IMG/VR virus record: IMGVR_UViG_3300046004_001633
Location: 1 to 36,791 of that record
Length of the DNA: 36,791 bases
Direction: 5' to 3' (one strand)
Origin: a virus
Lineage: Duplodnaviria > Heunggongvirae > Uroviricota > Caudoviricetes
The position numbers and the translations under genes were made by a program. A model generated the notes under the pieces. It saw only the letters and a list, made by a program, of their open reading frames with translations. It searched no databases and was not told where the DNA came from. Positions within the stretch are counted from its first letter, which is position 1; each line of letters starts with the position of its first letter. Below, piece by piece: positions 18,489-25,505 of this stretch.

Positions 18489-19490
18489 TTATTTTCTTAG
18501 CTCAGCGCCAATTAGATTCTTTTTAAGTCTAGATACGAATCCCTCATTCATTGATTCATTAGTTCTTATTTTTTGCATAATCATATCAATTTGACCATCT
18601 ACACGTTGTAATGCATCTCCATAATAATCCGCAACCGGTCCTCCTTCTGGCTCAGCTTCTTGTTCCATATCGAATTCAATTTGTTTACGTTGTGCTTTTA
18701 ATGATACTAATTTTTCTCGATAAAAATTACTAGGAGCTTTTATTGAGCTTGTTGTTGTCGGTTTTGAAATATCACGCATTCCCATTTGAATAGGATCATT
18801 CCATCGTGTATCAGCGTCTTCTTGCCCAACTGCTTCATTTGCCGCAGACTTCATTGACTCTTTCTCATTACCATCTCCGTCTAAATCTAAAAAATCAGGT
18901 TTAGCAGATTCTTGCTTATTACTATTTTTATTGCGATCAGCCCATCTTCGACCATTATGTCCGCCATTCGTATCATCGTATTCCATATTCCTATCTTCTT
19001 GCTCTTTAGCTTGGTCTTCAGCATTTAATAAATCAATAAGTTCTTCATGGTTTACTAATCCATCAGAACCCATAATTATCATATCTTCCATACCTGCTAA
19101 TTCAGCAGCTGCTATTAATTGTCTGTCAGACATCGAATCATATGAACCACCCATTGGATTTGCGTTAGCTGATTCATTTTTATAATATCCAAATGGAATA
19201 TCTAACATATCAGCAATCTCACCTAGTGCTTCTGTACTAGTAAGCGAATCTGAATTATATAATCGTTCAATAACATCTAGTTCTGCTCTAGACTTATTTA
19301 ATGCTTCATCAAATTCTTCTGGAGTTAATCCTAACTCATCAGCGATTTCATCAAATAGATCTCCTGCATTTTCTTTTAGTTGTTTAGCATCATACTCTGC
19401 TTTAACTTCAGCCATTGTAGGTAATCCCTTACCTTCTTTACGTTCCCACGCAAATCCTTCAGTTAATATTGTTTTTAGTTTTATCATCAT
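18489..19490 (-). CDS. Acidic probable internal head protein
   Basis: MIKLKTILTE leader; KPDFLDLDGDGNEKESMK EF-hand-like motif; several xxE^S/A/G sites; ATATTTAT at 19501-19508. Confidence 0.6.
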   Translation of the reverse strand: MMIKLKTILTEGFAWERKEGKGLPTMAEVKAEYDAKQLKENAGDLFDEIADELGLTPEEFDEALNKSRAELDVIERLYNSDSLTSTEALGEIADMLDIPFGYYKNESANANPMGGSYDSMSDRQLIAAAELAGMEDMIIMGSDGLVNHEELIDLLNAEDQAKEQEDRNMEYDDTNGGHNGRRWADRNKNSNKQESAKPDFLDLDGDGNEKESMKSAANEAVGQEDADTRWNDPIQMGMRDISKPTTTSSIKAPSNFYREKLVSLKAQRKQIEFDMEQEAEPEGGPVADYYGDALQRVDGQIDMIMQKIRTNESMNEGFVSRLKKNLIGAELRK

Positions 19491-19507
19491 TTCCTTTTAT
19501 ATAAATA

Positions 19508-20281
19508 TTACATGTCCGAATTATTCGGTGTATCAATTCCAGATGCATCGTATCGAACTGCTTTGTTAAGTCGTCGGGGAGTACTTTGCATTGAAAATCC
19601 ATTATTAGTTTGCATCCAGAAATCATAATGAACTAGTTGTCCTTGTTTGTTCCAACCCATATTATCACCATGTGCTTCGGATGGCATTATACTATTTCGT
19701 TTGAATGCTGATAACACTGATTGACGTTGCGACATTATGCGATCTGCCCATCCTTCTGGAACTTTGAATCTAGACCCATCCATTTTATCCTCTAGTTCCA
19801 TCGCAGTTAATTCATCTGAAAATCTTGGCGATACATAGTCAGCTTGTATTTTATACCAAATTCCTTTTTCATTGTCGTCAAACGGAGTTACATAGTCCAT
19901 TATAATAGCATACCAATCATCGTTGTTTAAATCTAAAATGTATGATTTAAAATCTTCTGGGGTATTTTGAAAACCAGGATCGTTAGTGTTAACTATATCT
20001 CCAGTAATTGGACGTACATCGTATACTGATACGAGATGTGGAACATTTTGTTTGGTGCGATATCGGGAGGCAGCAGCTACTTCCCATTGGTCATTGGTAA
20101 TTTTCATTACCTTACCACTCTTTAAAAGAAATGCTACTCCATTATTACCGCCACCAAGTACTCGATCGAACTTCTCTCCAAATTGAGCAGCTAGTGCCGG
20201 TGCCCGGTTCTCTATCCAATATTGTTTAGATGTTGGACTTGTGTAATATGTCTGTTCGAGCAGAGTTTTTAATTTTATCAT
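19508..20281 (-). CDS. Protein kinase-like fold protein with capsid-targeting-like leader
   Basis: Gly loop LGGGNNGVAF, VMK lysine, YAIIMDYV hinge, SEAHGDN catalytic-loop-like and YDF motifs. Confidence 0.65.
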   Translation of the reverse strand: MIKLKTLLEQTYYTSPTSKQYWIENRAPALAAQFGEKFDRVLGGGNNGVAFLLKSGKVMKITNDQWEVAAASRYRTKQNVPHLVSVYDVRPITGDIVNTNDPGFQNTPEDFKSYILDLNNDDWYAIIMDYVTPFDDNEKGIWYKIQADYVSPRFSDELTAMELEDKMDGSRFKVPEGWADRIMSQRQSVLSAFKRNSIMPSEAHGDNMGWNKQGQLVHYDFWMQTNNGFSMQSTPRRLNKAVRYDASGIDTPNNSDM

Positions 20282-20289
20282 TCTAATCC

Positions 20290-20799
20290 TTAATTAATAC
20301 GTTCTATACCTGTACCCATATGTGACGTAAAAAATCTATATCCTAATTCTCGGAACTTTGCATCATTGTCTCGGGCAAACTGAATATACAGTCGGTTCTT
20401 TTGGGCCGCCTTAGCTAGGTCAGAATCTGATCCTGTAAATTCAATCATTAATGGTTGCACAATTCCTTCTGGACTAGTTGGATCAATAAAAGCTAATAAT
20501 CCGGCGCCTACCGTTGCCATGATGCGAAGATAGTTTGCTGGTACTTTCTCTTTTGACTTATTGGTGCTATGAAAATCAGATCCTCGAGGTTTTACAAAAA
20601 ATGATAATTCTAATTCAGAATCATCTTCATCAGAATCAAATGGTGTTTGGTCTGCTAAATTAACAATTACCTCATTATCATATTCATCAGTAAACATAAA
20701 ATCATATCCACCACCGGAAAGTGTCCAATGTATATTTTCAACATATGGTTTAATATTTCCGAATGCAATTTCAGATAATAGTGTTTTTAATTTTATCAT
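20290..20799 (-). CDS. Probable internal protein, paralog 1
   Basis: MIKLKTLLSE leader; LRIMATV...FTGSD...KNRLY motif shared with the next gene. Confidence 0.6.
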   Translation of the reverse strand: MIKLKTLLSEIAFGNIKPYVENIHWTLSGGGYDFMFTDEYDNEVIVNLADQTPFDSDEDDSELELSFFVKPRGSDFHSTNKSKEKVPANYLRIMATVGAGLLAFIDPTSPEGIVQPLMIEFTGSDSDLAKAAQKNRLYIQFARDNDAKFRELGYRFFTSHMGTGIERIN

Positions 20800-20800
20800 T

Positions 20801-21343
20801 CTAATCCTTTATCCCAGTAGTATCAGCATTTGATTTTCTTACGATAAACAATTTACCCATTCGATCTAATACAGTGTATCCAGCAGTAGTTAACTCAGCA
20901 GCGTTAGCAGCTAACAAGGCACGGTATATGCGAGTCTTTTGCATATCTTTATCCGGTAAATTATCAGATCCGGTAACATCAATTGATGTAACATCATATA
21001 TGCGTATAAAGTCAAGTATGCATTCTAACACAGTACCCATAAGACGAAGATATGATATTTTACCGGTTGCATCACTTCGTGAATGCGAGATAGTCCAATT
21101 TATACGTTCTGTGTCAGGGTCGGTGCTTTGTGCTATTATACTAAACGACCAATTAGATTCATCATCACGTCCCCATTGTTTATCAAAATTGAATGCCATT
21201 AGTACGCCATCGCAGCTAACACGACTTTCAACAAATTCAATATCATTGCGACTGCTAGATTGTTCTTTCCACGTAAATTGTGTAGCATATGGTTGCACAT
21301 TAGACAATGTAATTTCAGAAAGCAGCGATTTTAATCGTATCAT
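20801..21343 (-). CDS. Probable internal protein, paralog 2
   Basis: Start moved to MIRLKSLLSE (21343), 4 nt after ATATTTAT; LRLMGTV...VTGSD...KTRIY motif. Confidence 0.6.
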   Translation of the reverse strand: MIRLKSLLSEITLSNVQPYATQFTWKEQSSSRNDIEFVESRVSCDGVLMAFNFDKQWGRDDESNWSFSIIAQSTDPDTERINWTISHSRSDATGKISYLRLMGTVLECILDFIRIYDVTSIDVTGSDNLPDKDMQKTRIYRALLAANAAELTTAGYTVLDRMGKLFIVRKSNADTTGIKD

Positions 21344-21412
21344 ATTAATAAATATAGTAAGATGTAAATAGCCCGCTAGTACGTCCCTAACGGTCCCGTA
21401 CTGTCCGGCCAC

Positions 21413-21436
21413 AAAAAAAGCCCCGGTAAAAGGGCT
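21413..21436 (-). terminator. Intrinsic terminator
   Basis: AGCCC-TTTTACCG-GGGCT followed by a T run; separates the early-type array from the late block. Confidence 0.75.
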
Positions 21437-21479
21437 AGTTAATTATTAATACGTGGCTCTTACTTATATAACCAAATTA

Positions 21480-21932
21480 CTATAAATTTCTCATGACCCG
21501 TTTGCCGTTAACCGTATAAGAGCCTCGCTTATCCCATCCATTGTCTATTTGGGCCCAAACTAATTCTTCATGGTTTGCGGTAGCACATGCATTTGCTATT
21601 GCTAGGATTTGCGGTTTACATGTTTTCATTAGGTGATATAATTTTTCAAAAGTTTCAAAATCATTTTTAATAGTATCCCATTGTTCTTTAGGCGACTTAC
21701 AAAAATTACTTAAAGAACAATCGGAATATGGCATACTAGGATTGCTAGGAATCGTCATATTAAACCCTATACTAAACGGCGATGATACTAGTGTTTTGCC
21801 GGGAAATTTATGTTCTCGCATAAATGTAATTTGGCGAAAGATGCATACAATCTTAATATCCGGTGGTAATACATTACCAAAGAAGTTTGCAAATTGCATT
21901 GTTAATTCTTTTTCTAACTTTGTTTTTTTCAT
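21480..21932 (-). CDS. Hypothetical early protein
   Basis: 150-aa ORF behind a cassette promoter (GGATCC at 22000) and an AAAAAAAGAG leader. Confidence 0.65.
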   Translation of the reverse strand: MKKTKLEKELTMQFANFFGNVLPPDIKIVCIFRQITFMREHKFPGKTLVSSPFSIGFNMTIPSNPSMPYSDCSLSNFCKSPKEQWDTIKNDFETFEKLYHLMKTCKPQILAIANACATANHEELVWAQIDNGWDKRGSYTVNGKRVMRNL

Positions 21933-22041
21933 AGCTCTTTTTTTAGTTTCGGCAACATTGCCTTTTTATTTATACTTAAAGATAAGGCAAAATACTTTTG
22001 GATCCTAATCTTTTTGCAGAAAAGTTTAAACTTTATTAAAT

Positions 22042-22066
22042 AAAAAAAGCTCCCGGTTAGGGGAGC
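22042..22066 (-). terminator. Intrinsic terminator
   Basis: GCTCCC-CTAACC-GGGAGC followed by T7, ending the 23373-22092 operon. Confidence 0.8.
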
Positions 22067-22091
22067 AGATCTGCGGCACACAACCGGCCAA

Positions 22092-22322
22092 TCAATCAAA
22101 TGCTGCTTGCATTTTACGGGTCACCGGATTGTATTCTTGTTGCACATACTTGACAATGTTGCGGGATTCGGTAGCGAGGGTTCCATGTTCCCCGTGTGTT
22201 ACTACTGCGTGGCCCGCAGGCACCTCTACGCGAAGGATTCCATGACCTAAATCCGTAACGGATACTTTGGTACTAGTTAAGCGGTGAGTGTTTGTACTCG
22301 GCTCTAAGGTTACTGTTTGCAT
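22092..22322 (-). CDS. Small His-motif protein, partner of the DUF6745-like gene
   Basis: THRL...VVTHGEHGTL...QQEYNP...FD resembles the H..H / HEEH / QREY small proteins found beside DUF6745-type genes. Confidence 0.6.
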   Translation of the reverse strand: MQTVTLEPSTNTHRLTSTKVSVTDLGHGILRVEVPAGHAVVTHGEHGTLATESRNIVKYVQQEYNPVTRKMQAAFD

Positions 22323-22343
22323 TGTATATAAATTATGGGGTTA

Positions 22344-23117
22344 CTAGCTTTGTGCGGTCAAAAGACCAAAATATTGATCGGCGGAAAGTGTCACCATTGC
22401 TCCACGGGGCTCGACATCCTTGGTAAGCTCTACTAGGAGCACATCGCCTTGTCGTTTCAATTCTTTGATATGGGGTACTAGGTTTTCGTGTATTTGGAAT
22501 GTGTGTGCTATGGCTTCAATAGGATCCATAGCCCATTCGTCTTGTATCCAAAGCCAATGTTCATCCTTGGTTGTGGTGCACCAACAGCGTACTGCGTAAA
22601 TAGGCTCGCGGACTCCTAGTTGGGTTCCATCGACTTGATGGGTTTCGAAAATCACATCATATTCTAGATATCCTGTGAATGTGCCATCGGGAGCATATTG
22701 TTTGTGTCGCACTTGTCGTCCTTTTGTAGCTATGCGATGGTGGCCTAATTCGCGAATCATTTCTGGAACACGTATACAGCCAAACACCATTGCACGAAAC
22801 GCCTCAGACTTCAGATGAAATGCCTCCGCATAACTATAGGGCTTCGTTTTCCCGTAACTACTCGCTATCAAATCTACGAGGGCAATTAAATTAGGCGGTA
22901 ACTCGGTACCACATTTGTACACTAGGTCGCGTACCGGGGTTACGAACCCCGACACGAAGCGTTCCTTATTAGTATAGCGAGTACGTACGTACCTCATTGC
23001 TTGGTCGTTGGTAATGCGATCCCATGCTGATGGGAAATTCGAATTTTGTGCGCGGAAGCAGTCTTGGTCTGAATCCCATCGAAGCCCAGGCGTATCTGCG
23101 AAGAAGTAAGCGTGCAT
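22344..23117 (-). CDS. DUF6745-like protein
   Basis: Start moved to MHAYFF (23117), 4 nt after the upstream stop; VRCWCTTTKDEHWLWI...PIEAIAHTF resembles the DUF6745 C-terminal motif; RQGDVLL near the C-terminus. Confidence 0.55.
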   Translation of the reverse strand: MHAYFFADTPGLRWDSDQDCFRAQNSNFPSAWDRITNDQAMRYVRTRYTNKERFVSGFVTPVRDLVYKCGTELPPNLIALVDLIASSYGKTKPYSYAEAFHLKSEAFRAMVFGCIRVPEMIRELGHHRIATKGRQVRHKQYAPDGTFTGYLEYDVIFETHQVDGTQLGVREPIYAVRCWCTTTKDEHWLWIQDEWAMDPIEAIAHTFQIHENLVPHIKELKRQGDVLLVELTKDVEPRGAMVTLSADQYFGLLTAQS

Positions 23118-23121
23118 AGAG

Positions 23122-23373
23122 TTAAAGATTAAAATGAATATCTGTGTGTGATGCTGTGGTGTCGCGTACCGCATAATAACGCCATAGCCCTTGTTTTGCA
23201 TCTTGATGGTAAGCCCCTTCCCAACACAAGGTATTGGATTTTGGCCACCAACCTCGCTTCGGGCCGTTTACTGGCTGTCGGATTCCTCCGAGGGCTGTAC
23301 CGATGATTGAACGATTAGTAATATCGCTGGCGAACCGGGCCATATTTAACTCTTTAGGTGGTATTGTCTTCAT
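23122..23373 (-). CDS. Hypothetical protein, first gene of a 3-gene operon
   Basis: Directly behind the promoter at ~23395-23423 with an AAAAAGAG leader. Confidence 0.55.
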   Translation of the reverse strand: MKTIPPKELNMARFASDITNRSIIGTALGGIRQPVNGPKRGWWPKSNTLCWEGAYHQDAKQGLWRYYAVRDTTASHTDIHFNL

Positions 23374-23457
23374 TGCTCTTTTTATTATACTTTAAATATA
23401 AGAATACTTTGTCATGAATCCAACCTTTTGTGGAACTTTGTTTCCAGGCATATAGGC

Positions 23458-23516
23458 TAGACAAGGCAATCATGGCATAGACAAGCATAGACAAGCATAG
23501 ACGAGTATAGACAAGG
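23458..23516 (+). repeat. 10-bp tandem repeat (GCATAGACAA)n
   Basis: About 4 units from 23475 (gcatagacaa gcatagacaa gcatagacga gtatagacaa) plus a partial copy at 23458. Confidence 0.85.
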
Positions 23517-23617
23517 TATAATACTTATATGGGCACCATATCCTTATATAGAGCACCGGTACTCAGAAAAAAATACATGCTCGGAAAGAAAATGGGTTTA
23601 AGGTCCACCTTCTAGAA

Positions 23618-23742
23618 GGGGGTCTACGGGGTGTTAATGAAACCCTCCCCTACCCCCTTGTTTAGGGGGGTCTAGCCCCTTGTTTCTGGGGGGTCATTAG
23701 GGGGGCTATAGGGGTGTAGTAAAGGGGGGCTTGCTACCCCCC
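23618..23742 (+). other. G-run/C-run cluster (G-quadruplex/hairpin potential; includes a probable terminator for 23773-23997)
   Basis: G5 23618, G4 23628, G6 23665, G6 23688, G6 23700, G4 23711, G6 23724; C runs 23643-23657, 23676-23679, 23737-23742. Confidence 0.7.
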
Positions 23743-23772
23743 TCATCTAGTTGCTTATAGACACATGCTGAC

Positions 23773-23997
23773 TTATAGAGCTGCCACGATCATCTCTGTG
23801 GCTGCTTGGTTGTCTGGTAGTCGGTAATCGGGTTCGATACCTACGCGCTTCATCAAGTTGCTAACTCCAATCCACTCACTGCGCATCGAGTGTGCTAGGC
23901 TGGACTCCTGTCCCCATACGTCGCATGCTTTTTTAAATGCTAAGAAGGTTGCTGCTTCTTCCAATTGGATTGCTTGGATGATTTGTTTCTTTGTCAT
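23773..23997 (-). CDS. Hypothetical early protein
   Basis: 74 aa; AAAGAGAGAC-ATG leader. Confidence 0.65.
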   Translation of the reverse strand: MTKKQIIQAIQLEEAATFLAFKKACDVWGQESSLAHSMRSEWIGVSNLMKRVGIEPDYRLPDNQAATEMIVAAL

Positions 23998-24021
23998 GTC
24001 TCTCTTTATTTATTTTTATTA

Positions 24022-24123
24022 TTACTGTTTTGCGTCGGTTAGTAGTGCAATACCAAACCCGATTAAGGCAAAATATATTATGCCCCAAATTAAAATTCCA
24101 ATTAACAATTCTTTCTTTGTCAT
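24022..24123 (-). CDS. Small membrane peptide (33 aa)
   Basis: Not in the ORF track. MTKKELLIGILIWGIIYFALIGFGIALLTDAKQ; follows a cassette promoter; same AGAGAGAC-ATGACAAAGAAA start as the next gene. Confidence 0.65.
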   Translation of the reverse strand: MTKKELLIGILIWGIIYFALIGFGIALLTDAKQ

Positions 24124-24204
24124 GTCTCTCTGTTTTTGATTATTAACTCTTTCTATACTTAAAGATAAGCATTTTTGGTTTAGGATCCTAGTGATCCTGG
24201 AACT

Positions 24205-24750
24205 TTATTTTAATTGAAATATTGCTTGACAACGTCTTTGGTCGCGACCCTTCATAATGAATAGGTTGTCTCGGTAATTGACATTGTCATATATCTTGCC
24301 ATCTCGGATTGCTAAGGCATGTCCTGCTACGATGATGAAGAAGCTTCCCTTCTTTGGAGCTTGGGCTAGGAACTTGCCTACTGTGAAGCTAGCAAATGTT
24401 CCTCCTCCTTTCGGGTACTCGGTATTAAGAAGTACCTTTGCTTCCACTGCTTCTATCGGTGTCATTGGACGGGCTCCAAAAGTTCCTAGGCTTACGATCT
24501 TCTTGCCTAATGCTTGTGTCTTTGCTAGGGCCATTTTGTTAAGAGTATACGCGGTAGCATATGTTCCCTTTTTCTCTTTGCGATCGAATGTGGTTGCTAC
24601 GAATGCATGAGCCTCATCATAGCTAACCTGAGCTGCATTCATAAATGCTTTAACTACACAGTCATTAGTTTCTTTTGCTGCCTTAACATCTGCTGCTGTG
24701 ATTGCGTCGCTTCCTGCGACAAACTTTAATGCGAAATTTTCTTTTTTCAT
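24205..24750 (-). CDS. Phage protein with Cys/His motifs (possible papain/C39-like fold)
   Basis: NDCVVKA...SYDEAH and AGHALAIRDGKIYD motifs; cassette promoter and leader. Confidence 0.55.
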   Translation of the reverse strand: MKKENFALKFVAGSDAITAADVKAAKETNDCVVKAFMNAAQVSYDEAHAFVATTFDRKEKKGTYATAYTLNKMALAKTQALGKKIVSLGTFGARPMTPIEAVEAKVLLNTEYPKGGGTFASFTVGKFLAQAPKKGSFFIIVAGHALAIRDGKIYDNVNYRDNLFIMKGRDQRRCQAIFQLK

Positions 24751-24847
24751 ACTCTCTCTTTTTGGTTTAAAATTTATTAACTCTTTCTATACTTAAAGAT
24801 AAGGTTTTATATTATAGGATCCTACCTTTTTACCAACTTTATTTTGA

Positions 24848-25186
24848 CTAATTAAACATCGATGTTAATGGTCCTTTAGCTAGGCCGGATTGAATCATGT
24901 CGGTTAAACGAGCAAGCTCAGAACTTATATCCTCCAACATCTTTGTTGCTAGACGATCTTCCGGAGTGAAGTTTGATCCTAGGATCTCTCTTTGTCGAGC
25001 TTCGAGATCCGATATCGTTTGTTTCAGCTGGCATCTCTGATTTACATTCAATTGTTTCCATGGACAACATCTATCTAATAAGTCTCTAAGCTGATCAATG
25101 TCTGCTGGAGTAATAGTAGTTATTCTTAAGTCTGCTGCTTGCTTCTTGAATTGGAAGAATGCTTGTGGATCAATTTGGTTTGTCAT
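24848..25186 (-). CDS. Hypothetical early protein
   Basis: Start moved to MTNQID (25186), behind an AAAAAGAAAGAG leader and an ACGTCC cassette. Confidence 0.65.
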   Translation of the reverse strand: MTNQIDPQAFFQFKKQAADLRITTITPADIDQLRDLLDRCCPWKQLNVNQRCQLKQTISDLEARQREILGSNFTPEDRLATKMLEDISSELARLTDMIQSGLAKGPLTSMFN

Positions 25187-25271
25187 ATCTCTTTCTTTTT
25201 TATTAAAGATAAGCATTTTTCACTTCACGTCCTAGCATTTAGCAAACTTTGTTTGAATTATTTTACAGTGC

Positions 25272-25296
25272 AAAAGGACCGGTGAGTAGCCGATCC
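25272..25296 (-). terminator. Probable intrinsic terminator downstream of the tRNA-like gene
   Basis: GGATCGG-CTACTCA-CCGGTCC followed by TTTT. Confidence 0.65.
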
Positions 25297-25326
25297 AATT
25301 GCTTCATATTGAGAGATATGATTAAG

Positions 25327-25438
25327 TAGTCAGGACAGGATTCGAACCTGTAAGATTAAGATTTCCACGGGCAGGTAGATAACCACCTCGTACCTAATCG
25401 CTTTCCAAGCGTTGCGTCTACCATTCCGCCACCTGACT
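25327..25438 (-). tRNA. Atypical tRNA-like RNA, 112 nt (Leu/Ser-type D arm, possible GGA anticodon, oversized variable arm)
   Basis: Acceptor AGTCAGG/CCTGACT + discriminator A; D arm TGGCGGAATGGTAGACGC; T arm ACAGG-TTCGAAT-CCTGT; CGC-TTGGAAA-GCG anticodon arm; 47-nt extra arm; no encoded CCA. Confidence 0.75.
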
Positions 25439-25505
25439 ATAATACACGTCCTAATGCCCTAACATTTCTGCTAGGGCCGGGACTCCGATTGAGAGGGATG
25501 ATTTT

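Larger units (their letters stand above)
1217..21355. promoter_or_regulatory. Putative late-promoter motif ATATTTAT on the coding strand, 10 copies (span given)
   Basis: Upstream of minus genes at 1217, 4273, 6465, 12775, 15698, 18020, 19501, 21348 and of plus genes at 7566, 9703; all listed copies are in coding orientation. Confidence 0.7.

Noticed and set aside
23117-23201. Longer start (23201) for the DUF6745-like gene, and similar extended starts at 7548, 12621, 21412, 25216 and 27118
   Set aside because: They overlap upstream genes or promoters; downstream ATGs match the conserved leader, late motif or operon spacing.
25327-25438. Calling this a normal tRNA-Ser(GGA)
   Set aside because: The anticodon stem is too short, the discriminator is A rather than the usual Ser G, and the variable arm is far oversized; kept as tRNA-like only.
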